A stretch of 64,000 bases of DNA from Trichormus sp. ATA11-4-KO1 (GTDB lineage Bacteria; Cyanobacteriota; Cyanobacteriia; Cyanobacteriales; Nostocaceae): positions 64,001 to 128,000 of the forward strand of contig JAHHIM010000036.1 in assembly GCA_019358915.1 (NCBI GenBank). Direction: 5' to 3'. The position numbers and the translations under genes are program-made. The notes beneath the pieces were generated by a model. It did no database searches. It worked only from the letters and a program-made list of their open reading frames with translations, and was not told the DNA's origin. The number at the start of each line of letters is the position of its first letter. Position 1 is the first letter of the stretch. Of this stretch, positions 48,277 through 57,790 are shown piece by piece.

Positions 48277-49938
48277 TCAAAACGGTGTTTTTGTAAATAA
48301 ATGAATAATTTGCCCTGAAAGCGGATGCTCAAAGCAAAGTTCTCTGGCGTGCAGATGTAGCCGACTGGTAACGGCGCTGCATCCATAAAGTTTATCTCCT
48401 AAAATAGTTACCCCCAGTTCTTGCTTATCGGCGGCGTGAACCCTTAACTGATGGGTGCGTCCTGTTAGGGGTATAAATTCTATACGTGTATAGTCTCCTT
48501 CCCTCGCCAGCACTCGGTATTTCGTCACGCTGGGTTTACCATGTTGCCAATTCACTTGCTGATAAGGGCGATGCTGCGGATCTCCCCATAACGGCAGTTC
48601 AATGACACCTTGCTCAACTGTCACAGCACCAGCAAGTATGGCTTCATAAACTTTGTGAACTTGGCGTTGCTGAAATTGCCGACTGAGTTGACGATGGGTT
48701 TGGCTATCTCGTGCTAGGAGTAAAATACCAGAAGTCTCCTGATCCAGGCGATGCACGGTCATAATTTCCTTGCCCTCTGGTAACAAATAACGTAAGCGAC
48801 TGAGAACACTATCTTGCTGATAACGACCAGGAACTGAAAGTAATCCTGGAGGTTTGTTCACAGCAATCAGCCATTCGTCTTCATAAATAACAGGGAACAG
48901 GTGTGTTTCTGGTATTGGTAGCGAAAGGCTGATCTCTTTCCTGTTAGATAAATTTTTTAATCCCGAAAGCAAAAACCCCATCAAAGGCTGACAGCGTTCG
49001 GCACAAGCACCATAAAATTCTCCCTGTACTTTATCTTGATTTATGGAAGACTTTCCCCACCAAAACTCTGCCATAGCCAATGGTTTGAGTCCATGTGTTG
49101 CCGCATAGTGCAACAGCTTAGGCGCACAACAATCTCCTGTACCTGTAGGTATGGAGCCACTTGGCATTAATTGTTGCAATGATACAGATTGCCCTAAAAA
49201 ATTCATCAGCGAGTAAGTGGCGTGCATCTGAGCCTGTAATTGCCGGGATAGTGCTTTCCGTCGTTGTTTTAATTCCTGTATTCGCGTATCTGCTTCGGCG
49301 ATTAACTGCTGAAGCGGCTGTAACATAGCATTTTGCTTCGCTTTAAATTTACGTCGCTCAATTCCCTGTTGACGGCTTTCTTCGTCGAGTTGTTCTAGGG
49401 CTGTATCCAGTGTTTCCCCTGCAAGGTTCTGGTAAAGTATTTGACGTTTTTTCTGTCGTTGCTGTTTGTCATGGCAATGGCGATCGCTCATTTGTTGCAA
49501 GTGCTGCTGAAATTCGTAAAATAGGGTTTCATACTGCTGCCTTTGAGTTAGTTGCTGTAGGGTAATGAGTTCCTGCTTGATAGCATCTAGTTCAGCTAGG
49601 GTGTGGGCTTCCTCTAAGGCTACTTCATCTCTTCCCGGAATCGGCGGAACCCAACCCTCAATTACACTACAACCATGCAAAAGACCAGAAAATGCTTTGA
49701 GTACTTGTGCTTCGCCAGTAGGCATTTCCGCCAGTAATACGCCATACATTTTACTCTCACGATGATTAAATTCATCTGTGGCAAGTTGCTGCATTAAATC
49801 ACGAGCGATCGCCTCTACGAAAGCAGTGCGGGGTAACCTAAGTAGATCGCCGCTTTGAGGACAACGCCCTTCATACCAATAGCTAGGAGATGAGTCGCTG
49901 ACCACAGAATTACTGTTTAATGAATTGAGAAATATCAT
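48277..49938 (-). CDS. Long-form RluA family pseudouridine synthase
   Basis: C-terminal NKPPGLLSVPG, VHRLDQETSG, TGRTHQLRVH, LHLHA; ~330 aa N-terminal extension with a coiled coil. Confidence 0.92.
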   Translation of the reverse strand: MIFLNSLNSNSVVSDSSPSYWYEGRCPQSGDLLRLPRTAFVEAIARDLMQQLATDEFNHRESKMYGVLLAEMPTGEAQVLKAFSGLLHGCSVIEGWVPPIPGRDEVALEEAHTLAELDAIKQELITLQQLTQRQQYETLFYEFQQHLQQMSDRHCHDKQQRQKKRQILYQNLAGETLDTALEQLDEESRQQGIERRKFKAKQNAMLQPLQQLIAEADTRIQELKQRRKALSRQLQAQMHATYSLMNFLGQSVSLQQLMPSGSIPTGTGDCCAPKLLHYAATHGLKPLAMAEFWWGKSSINQDKVQGEFYGACAERCQPLMGFLLSGLKNLSNRKEISLSLPIPETHLFPVIYEDEWLIAVNKPPGLLSVPGRYQQDSVLSRLRYLLPEGKEIMTVHRLDQETSGILLLARDSQTHRQLSRQFQQRQVHKVYEAILAGAVTVEQGVIELPLWGDPQHRPYQQVNWQHGKPSVTKYRVLAREGDYTRIEFIPLTGRTHQLRVHAADKQELGVTILGDKLYGCSAVTSRLHLHARELCFEHPLSGQIIHLFTKTPF

Positions 49939-50217
49939 GATTAAGATACCGTATAACCCCGACTTTATCCATGTACATAACAAAGTATTTTGCTCAACAA
50001 CCATGCCAAGATAGAAAGTAGAGCATGAAAAGTGCTGACTTAAAAAACCGCCCACACTTCGACAAGTGATACAGTGAACCTGTCGAACTACTCAGTGACC
50101 GCAAGGGGCGGAGCTTGTACCAAGTGCGAAAGCCCTGAGTATTCTTCTTCTGACTCAGCACTCAGCACTCAGCACTGAGTCAGGTCAAATTCAGCAAGAG
50201 GAAGGCTAAAAAACGCT

Positions 50218-51177
50218 GTGCAGATAACATTTTTAGGGACGAGTTCCGGTGTACCCACGCGATCGCGCAATGTTTCTAGCGTGGCGCTGAGATTACCTCA
50301 AAGGGCAGAACTGTGGTTATTCGACTGTGGCGAAGGTACTCAGCATCAACTTTTACGGAGTGACCTAAAAATCAGTCAACTATCCCGAATTTTTATCACC
50401 CATATGCACGGCGACCACATTTTTGGCTTGATGGGACTTCTTGCCAGTTGCGGTTTAGCTGGTAATGTGCAACGAGTTGATATCTACGGACCACCTGGAT
50501 TAAATGAATACATCCAAGCTGCCATACGTTACTCTCACACACATTTTTCCTATCCAGTTAAAGTTCACGTTGTCCGCCCAGGAATCATCTATGAAGATAA
50601 TGAGTTTACAGTTAGCTGTGGTGTTTTACATCACCGCATTACAGCTTTTGGTTACCGCATAGCAGAAAAAGACCGCCCAGGACGCTTTGATGTGGAAAAA
50701 GCCAAGGCGTTGCAAATTCCTCCTGGTCGGATTTACGGTCAACTCAAACGTGGTGAAACGGTAACACTAGCCGATGGACGAGTGATTAATGGTACTGAGT
50801 TATGTGGTGAGACAGAAATTGGGCGCAAAATCGCCTATTGTACAGATACCATTTATTCCGAAGGTGCGGTGGAGTTAGCACAGGATGCGGATGTGTTAAT
50901 TCATGAGGCTACCTTTGCCCATCAAGATGCAGACTTGGCTTTTCAGCGATTGCATTCCACAACCACAATGGCAGCGCAAACAGCTTTAGTTGCTGAGGCA
51001 CATCGGTTAATTATGACTCATTTCAGTCCCCGCTATGCTCCTGGAAATACCGTGGAGTTAAAAGATTTACTTCATGAGGCCAGGGCTATTTTTCCGAATA
51101 CAGATATGGCTTATGATTTCATGACTTATAGTGTACCTAGACGGAGGCAAGCCGAGTTAATTAAAATGAGCAATTGA
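50218..51177 (+). CDS. rnz: Ribonuclease Z
   Basis: [39 protein letters not shown]. Confidence 0.97.
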   Translation: MQITFLGTSSGVPTRSRNVSSVALRLPQRAELWLFDCGEGTQHQLLRSDLKISQLSRIFITHMHGDHIFGLMGLLASCGLAGNVQRVDIYGPPGLNEYIQAAIRYSHTHFSYPVKVHVVRPGIIYEDNEFTVSCGVLHHRITAFGYRIAEKDRPGRFDVEKAKALQIPPGRIYGQLKRGETVTLADGRVINGTELCGETEIGRKIAYCTDTIYSEGAVELAQDADVLIHEATFAHQDADLAFQRLHSTTTMAAQTALVAEAHRLIMTHFSPRYAPGNTVELKDLLHEARAIFPNTDMAYDFMTYSVPRRRQAELIKMSN

Positions 51178-51273
51178 ACAAGAAGGAAGAAGTCAGAAGG
51201 AAGATCGTCCTTCTGACTTTGTTAAACCTGGATACCAAGAGATTTTCAAGCTTGTTTTTTGTCCCATGTGATA

Positions 51274-51396
51274 AGTAGAAAGATTTAATAAAATAAAAGT
51301 TTGTAGTTAGCGGCTCTAGCCCTTTAAAACCTTGCAATAAAGCGATAAATCGCTCACTACGAACAAAAATTTCTCTTACATTTAAGTATGTCTACT
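51274..51396. mobile_element. TA-flanked MITE (reverse orientation relative to the 16214 copy)
   Basis: TA-agtaga...tctact-TA with gtttgtagt...actacgaac palindromic core. Confidence 0.7.
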
Positions 51397-51978
51397 TACT
51401 CACAAGCACTTCAACTGACAAACCGGAAAATATTGGAGATATTTACACAATCTTGAATTGCCATAATCAATCTCAAATAAAAATGTATTATCATTTACTT
51501 TTTAAATAAAAAAGTACTTAAAAGTACAGCTTATATTATACATATTTAAATATTTGCAAATTACTAATATGTATATTTTATTATGGATTTTTTTCTGATT
51601 TACAAATTGCTAATTTTAAAAATATTACCAGTGCAAACTGTTACTATTTAGTAGAGCATGATGCTTATATTCCTCTAAAAGGTATTAATTTGCGATTTAG
51701 TCAATTTTATCTATAAGCAATTTGATTCACATGAAAGTATTTTTATATACCTATTATTTGCAAACAGAAAATATCATCAAAGCATCATTTTTTATTGATA
51801 TAAATAAAGTACTTGCGTGTCAATTAAAGCCGAATTAATTATTCCACAAATTCTTCATATCTCAAACAAGAAACATTGAGTATTATGTTGAGTCTATAGG
51901 TTGATAAAACTTCATTTACAATCAATGGTCTCATAATCGTCCATATATATTGTTTCTGTATTTCGATAGTAGAGGAAT

Positions 51979-54237
51979 TTGATAGTGGCTAACACAAGTC
52001 TGAATCAAGAGCAACTGGTTAAAAACACTTCATTAAGCGCAGTTGATATCAGACAAATACCCAAAATTTTGCTTCGTAGACGCTTTTTGTGCTTAGGTGT
52101 TTCCTGCATAGTCATGTCAATTGCTAGCTTATTGGCTGTTAATACAAAACCGAATTACCAAAGCTCTATGCAGATATTGGTAAATTCCAATTTATATGCA
52201 GGGGTACGCTCAAGTGATATCCGGGTAGGTGTAAATAGTGAGTTTACTGAGCCAAATCTTCCAGTGTTTGACTACAGCGCTCAAATGAAACTAATGCTGA
52301 GTTCTAAACTTATCCAGAAAGCTGTAGATATTCTGCGTCCTGATTATCCAAACTTAACTGTAGAAGATATAAAAGGTAACAATGATAACACTAAAAAAGC
52401 ACCTTTAGTAGTTACTCAATTAAAGGGTAAAGCTGGATTTAATCAAGGTCTTAGTCAAGTATTTGAAGTTTCCTTTCATGACGATGATGCAGTCAAAACA
52501 CAAAAGGTACTTCAAGCTCTACGCAAAGTTTATCAAGACTATAATATAGAGCAACAAAACGAACGTCTGAATAAAGGACTTGCTTTTGTTAGTGCCCGCT
52601 TGCCCCAGATTAAAAAAGAGGTGAGTCAAGCAGAGAAAAACTTAGAACAGTTTCGCAGAAAACATAATATACTAGATCCGGAAGTACAAAGTAAAATCCT
52701 GCTAGAGTCTCTCGCCAATATCCAAAAACAGCGACAAACTACCCGTGCAGAACTTCAAGATGTACAAGCTCGCTACAATAATTTAGAAAAAGAAATAGCA
52801 TTTTTATCTCAAAATGCACTAATTACCTCTCGTTTAAATCAGTCAACACGTTACCAGTCGCTATTGACTGAGTTTCAAAAAACAGAACTGGCTCTAGCTA
52901 ACGAACAGAGGCGCTACACAGAAGAGTCACCCATCATAGAACAACTTCAGCAACAACGCCAGAGTCAACTAGATCTGTTACGACAAGAGGTAAAACAATT
53001 ACTAAGTGACAAAGCTATCAATACCAGAAATACGGAAAAAACACTGTTGACGCAGGGACAGATAGCAGGAGTTGACCCAATACTAGTGCAAGAGTTCATT
53101 CAAGTGCAAACAGTTGTTCAAGGACTAATTGCCAATGAAAAGAGCCTAGCTGAATCAGAAGAACGACTGCGATCGCAACTCAGCAAATATCCCAGCCTCA
53201 TAGCAGAATATAATCGTTTATTACCAGAGGTAGAAGCAAAACGCAAAACACTTGAGCAACTACTCCAAACACAACAGTATCTGGGACTGAAAATTTCTCA
53301 GGGAGGTTTTGATTGGCAAGTGTTAGAAGAGCCGGCGCTGGGAACCTCTACAAGTAACCGCAGATTATTACTTTTATTTGGGGGAGTTGTAGTCAGTCCC
53401 ATTTTAGGTATCGTAGTTGCCCTAACTTGGGGGATGTTTAATTACACTATTTATTCTGTACAAGAATTACAGAAGCTAACGAAACTGCGATTACTGGGGT
53501 CAGTACCTAAATTAGCGCCGCTTGGTATCAAGAAGCGGCTTCCCAGCTTGTTTATGAATCGGCGGCGAAATTTGGCTCCTTCTTTGGTAGAAGCTAACAC
53601 TTGGTTACCTTGCCACGAAAGCTTGGATATTGTCTACCAAAACATTCAAATATTCAAATATCCTTTCCTCTTCAAGTCCATAATGTTAACTTCAGCATTA
53701 TCTGGGGAAGGCAAGACAATCTTATCACTGGGACTGGCGGCTAGTGCTGCTCGTATGCATCGACGCATACTACTGATTGATGCCAACCTGCGGTATCCTA
53801 ACCTGCATAAAATCCTGAAACTATCCAATGACTGGGGACTATCTTTGTTATTACTCGATGAAACAAACACCCATGTTCAGGATTACATCCAGCCGATTCA
53901 CCCTGCCATTGATATTTTGACTGCTGGCCCTACACCGGAAGATACAATCAAGCTGCTGAGTTCTCAGCGAATGCAAGAACTAATAGAGTTGTTTGAGCAG
54001 ACCTATGATTTAGTGTTAGTAGATGCTCCACCCATTTTAGGTATGGTGGATGCCAGGATTTTAGCATCATTCTGTCATGGGATTGTGATGGTGGGGCGCA
54101 TTGGTCAAATAACCCCAAAAGAATTGACACAAACGATAGAAATTTTGAGCAATTTGAATTTAATTGGCATTATCGCTAATGATGTGAGTAATTCTCAAGG
54201 GGAATGGGGAATGGGGAATGGGGAGATGAGGAGATAG
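51979..54237 (+). CDS. Wzc/GumC-like polysaccharide co-polymerase with BY-kinase domain
   Basis: Wzz N-terminus (ILLRRR + TM), coiled coils, second TM, TSALSGEGKT, IDANLR, LVDAPP. Confidence 0.9.
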   Translation: MIVANTSLNQEQLVKNTSLSAVDIRQIPKILLRRRFLCLGVSCIVMSIASLLAVNTKPNYQSSMQILVNSNLYAGVRSSDIRVGVNSEFTEPNLPVFDYSAQMKLMLSSKLIQKAVDILRPDYPNLTVEDIKGNNDNTKKAPLVVTQLKGKAGFNQGLSQVFEVSFHDDDAVKTQKVLQALRKVYQDYNIEQQNERLNKGLAFVSARLPQIKKEVSQAEKNLEQFRRKHNILDPEVQSKILLESLANIQKQRQTTRAELQDVQARYNNLEKEIAFLSQNALITSRLNQSTRYQSLLTEFQKTELALANEQRRYTEESPIIEQLQQQRQSQLDLLRQEVKQLLSDKAINTRNTEKTLLTQGQIAGVDPILVQEFIQVQTVVQGLIANEKSLAESEERLRSQLSKYPSLIAEYNRLLPEVEAKRKTLEQLLQTQQYLGLKISQGGFDWQVLEEPALGTSTSNRRLLLLFGGVVVSPILGIVVALTWGMFNYTIYSVQELQKLTKLRLLGSVPKLAPLGIKKRLPSLFMNRRRNLAPSLVEANTWLPCHESLDIVYQNIQIFKYPFLFKSIMLTSALSGEGKTILSLGLAASAARMHRRILLIDANLRYPNLHKILKLSNDWGLSLLLLDETNTHVQDYIQPIHPAIDILTAGPTPEDTIKLLSSQRMQELIELFEQTYDLVLVDAPPILGMVDARILASFCHGIVMVGRIGQITPKELTQTIEILSNLNLIGIIANDVSNSQGEWGMGNGEMRR

Positions 54238-54416
54238 GGGGATGAGGAAGCATTTTCGTTCTTGTCCCCTTTTCTTATTTGATGAGCTGATTTTCAATTC
54301 CGATCGCATAATTAGTGAGGAAGTGGCAACTTCCCAGGGTGGAGTACTGTCTCATCTTGAGTAGTAGACACTATAGTCCAGAACGTCAAACAGATACTTG
54401 CTTAAATGTGATTTAA

Positions 54417-55571
54417 ATGATCAGTATGAAATTTCAACTGTTATTAGGCTCTTTATTTTCCCAGATCAAAGTACGTCATTGGTGGATAGGTATCTTCTTG
54501 TGGATGGCTTTAGTGGCCCCAGCTCAAGCATCTGTAATTTTGCGCGTAGCAATTGAGAGGGGAGTTAATCAGGTGAGAGTTGGCAGTTCTACGGCGGCGG
54601 TTGTTAAGGATAGCACGGGTCGTACTCTCGGACAATTGCCGGCAATGAGTTCATTTTATGCCCAAACCATCCCTGGTGGAGTGGCTTTGGAACGGTGGCA
54701 ATCTGGCTTATTTTGGATTGAGCCAACAGGTGATGGATTTGTTTATATTGGCGATCGCTGGTATCGGGGTAGAACGCTGGTTGTCCCTACAGAGAAAGGT
54801 TTAGATGCCGTTAACTGGGTTGATTTAGAAGAGTATCTTTACAGTGTTCTAGGTGGCGAAATGGATTCTGGATGGCCTCAAGAGGCTCTCAAAGCTCAAG
54901 CGATCGCTGCCCGTACCTATGCTCTCTACAAGCGCAATGAACAGCGCAATAATCCCATTTACGACTTAGGTGCTAGTCCAGATCGCTGGCAAATTTATCA
55001 AGGAATCAGCAGCGAGTCTCCCAGTACATACAACGCAGTCGATGCCACAGCCGGGAAGGTACTAACTTATAAAAATGAGATTATTCTCTCAGTGTTCCAC
55101 GCCTGCTCTGGAGGGCACACTGAAAATGTCGAAGATGTTTGGGGAAACCCTTTAGCTTACCTGCGTGCTGTTCAAGACTTCGATCAAAATATCAGCGCGT
55201 GTAATTGGGTAAAAACCTTTTCTCCTGATGAAATTAGCAGCACAATTTCTGGTGTAGGCAATGTCAAAGAGATGATTCCAGAAGCCTACTCACCTTTCCG
55301 TAGTGTTAAAGCCTTAAAAATTGTTGGTGACAAAGGTACAAAGGTGCTAAAGGGCGAAGAAGTGCGGACTGCGCTCAAACTGAGAAGTACTCGCTTCAAT
55401 ATCACTAAAGGCGCAGATGGTAACTTTGTATTACAAGGGCTAGGCTTTGGTCATGGTTTAGGCATGAGTCAATGGGGAGCGTACAATCTGGCTCGACAAG
55501 GAGCAAACCACCTGCAAATTTTAGGACATTATTACCAAGGCGTAGCTCTAACGCCAATTAAAACGAAGTAA
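54417..55571 (+). CDS. SpoIID/LytB domain lytic transglycosylase
   Basis: LEEYLYSVLGGEM, EALKAQAIAARTYA, GFGHGLGMSQWGA. Confidence 0.93.
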   Translation: MISMKFQLLLGSLFSQIKVRHWWIGIFLWMALVAPAQASVILRVAIERGVNQVRVGSSTAAVVKDSTGRTLGQLPAMSSFYAQTIPGGVALERWQSGLFWIEPTGDGFVYIGDRWYRGRTLVVPTEKGLDAVNWVDLEEYLYSVLGGEMDSGWPQEALKAQAIAARTYALYKRNEQRNNPIYDLGASPDRWQIYQGISSESPSTYNAVDATAGKVLTYKNEIILSVFHACSGGHTENVEDVWGNPLAYLRAVQDFDQNISACNWVKTFSPDEISSTISGVGNVKEMIPEAYSPFRSVKALKIVGDKGTKVLKGEEVRTALKLRSTRFNITKGADGNFVLQGLGFGHGLGMSQWGAYNLARQGANHLQILGHYYQGVALTPIKTK

Positions 55572-55674
55572 ATAGGGCATGGGGAATGGGGAGATGAGGA
55601 AGCATTTTCGTTCTTGTCCCCTTCCTTGTCACCTTGTCACCGTTCGACTGAGCGCTCACGCCGAAGCCTGTCAC

Positions 55675-56991
55675 CTACTCCCCACTTCCTTCTTGCAAAC
55701 GCCGTTGCCATTCAGCATCAATTTGTGCAGAACGCTCAACTTCTTGGTCGAGTAAGTCGGTTTCGGTGGAATATACTAAATCGTCTTTACCGATGATTGT
55801 TTCATTGGCAAACTGACGGGCATAATCAATTTTTCGCTGTATGGTGTCATCTGGATTAGCTAATAGCCTGGATCGGGACAGGCGATCGCGGTTGCGTGCA
55901 GCAATCTTTTTATTGCGCCACTGAATCCAGAAATAACGCAATAAAGGTATAGCCAAGAAACCTGTGCCGTAACCTAACAATAGCCAGTAAATTCCTTGTA
56001 CAAATGCTACTAATCCACCTAATTCGGCGGCAACTGTACCATCTGCTAATAATCCTCCCAGTATTAATGCAGCAACAAAATTTAGTATCCCCAACCCAGC
56101 CGCCAGCATAATTTGTCCTGAACCCGCCGCACTAAAATGCCAAGGGAATTCCTCCAGATACGTTGCTATTGACTGACGATGCTTGTTGCTTGCTTTTACC
56201 TGTAATTCTGGAAAGTAATAGACAATATGTCCCTCAGGACTTACCTGCGGTTGGCCGTTAAATCGCAGGAGAACAGGTAACATATAATCTTCGTACTCTT
56301 GTGTATAACTTTCACCAAGATTATCCAGATACGGGGCAATTTGTTCTGCAACTACTGCACCACGGTTATTCCGAATCACAGCCGCAATTTCTTGCCAACG
56401 GCGTTCTTCTAAGTTGGCATTAGGATTACCATCGCCAAACAGAAACGAAAATACAGCCTCAAAGAAATTTAAATTACTTTCTTGGCTTCTGTCTTGGCGT
56501 CTTTCGTATCGCTGCTCCTGGTAGCGAGTGCGATAATTGGGGCTAAAGTACCAAAATAAATCTGGAAAGGGGAAAAAGAAGAACCCACCACCCCTAGAAT
56601 TACTTCCTCTATTGTTGCCGTCACGATCTGAGTTAGCAGCAGTGATGATGACAATGATGGTAATAGTTATTAGGGCAATGGAAACAATTAAGAAAATGGC
56701 AAAAGAAATACGAATGAGGTAAAACAGAACTCCCCAAACCTTTTTCCACCATTCTTGCAACTGTAACTGAAAGTATTTTTTACGTAAATTTTCTTTAAAA
56801 TTTCGTGGAAATTGGTAAACAATATCACCAGTCTCTGCAACTTGTAAATGTCCGCCTGTATCGGAAGCCAGGGCTAATAACCCTTGCCCAGCCTCTGCAA
56901 CATTCAATCCTGCCTGGGTTGCCACATCACCAACGGTGACTCGGTAACCCAGTTTTTCTATAGCTTGCATGATGGTGGGATTGGGAGCCAT
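55675..56991 (-). CDS. Conserved cyanobacterial/plastid membrane protein of unknown function
   Basis: YRVTVGDVA, FLFGDGNPN, GAVVAEQIAPYL, YYFPELQ; three TM segments. Confidence 0.85.
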   Translation of the reverse strand: MAPNPTIMQAIEKLGYRVTVGDVATQAGLNVAEAGQGLLALASDTGGHLQVAETGDIVYQFPRNFKENLRKKYFQLQLQEWWKKVWGVLFYLIRISFAIFLIVSIALITITIIVIITAANSDRDGNNRGSNSRGGGFFFFPFPDLFWYFSPNYRTRYQEQRYERRQDRSQESNLNFFEAVFSFLFGDGNPNANLEERRWQEIAAVIRNNRGAVVAEQIAPYLDNLGESYTQEYEDYMLPVLLRFNGQPQVSPEGHIVYYFPELQVKASNKHRQSIATYLEEFPWHFSAAGSGQIMLAAGLGILNFVAALILGGLLADGTVAAELGGLVAFVQGIYWLLLGYGTGFLAIPLLRYFWIQWRNKKIAARNRDRLSRSRLLANPDDTIQRKIDYARQFANETIIGKDDLVYSTETDLLDQEVERSAQIDAEWQRRLQEGSGE

Positions 56992-57236
56992 TACTCTTCC
57001 CTCCTATTAAAAGTTTCTCTATCTTTATCAAGTATAAAGTTTTATTTTGGTTGCCTTAGCTGGGGATTGGAGACTGGGGAGCGGGGGAGAGTATGATATA
57101 AGTCCTTTCCCCTCTGCTCTCCCTCCTCACTCAGCGATTGGTTATTTTTTTATTTGTCAGTCCATAAGTTGCTACTCTCTTCATGTTAGAATTATTCGGC
57201 TTGGCTTGGTTAATCAGCAACTTTTCTGTCCTAAAT

Positions 57237-57716
57237 ATGGTTCAGTACACTCTCGCTCAAAGCCCAGAAATCATCCTCAATGTTTCTGGAAAAGATTCAG
57301 CCAAAGCCCGTGATAAAGCTATGGATCAGCTGATGGAATTGATGGATGCTGGTAAGCTACCCACTGAACTGGAAGAGGGATTTAGCCCTCAACAATTAAT
57401 TGAGGTGAAAGAACCAGCTAACGATTCTGCCAGTGGTGAGGACGGCATTACCCAAGCTGTCCAAATTTTAAATAATTTGGCTACACTCAAGCTAAAAGTG
57501 CAGGAATCACGCGCTGAAGCACTAGAAATTCGCAAGGCTGTTGATGTTTTATTTTCAGATAATTCAGTAAGTGAAGAGGAAATTGCTCGTCTCAAGGAAG
57601 GTTTTAAAGTCCTGAAAAATTTTGCCCAAGCTAATTTGCGTTACCAAGAAGCCAAAGCTAAAGCAGAACATGCTCGGCAAGTTTTGGATCAAGCTTTAAA
57701 ATCACCTGATAAGTAG
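57237..57716 (+). CDS. Conserved hypothetical helical protein
   Basis: MVQYTLAQSPE...GKDSAKARDKAMDQL; coiled-coil composition. Confidence 0.8.
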   Translation: MVQYTLAQSPEIILNVSGKDSAKARDKAMDQLMELMDAGKLPTELEEGFSPQQLIEVKEPANDSASGEDGITQAVQILNNLATLKLKVQESRAEALEIRKAVDVLFSDNSVSEEEIARLKEGFKVLKNFAQANLRYQEAKAKAEHARQVLDQALKSPDK

Positions 57717-57742
57717 TTTTTTGTTGGTATATTAAGTAATAC

Positions 57743-57777
57743 AAAAGTCAAAAGAAAGAAGTTTTCTTTTGACTTTT
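57743..57777. terminator. Bidirectional terminator-like hairpin between convergent genes
   Basis: aaaagtcaaaagaaa...tttcttttgactttt. Confidence 0.65.
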
Positions 57778-57790
57778 TCAATTATTAAAC

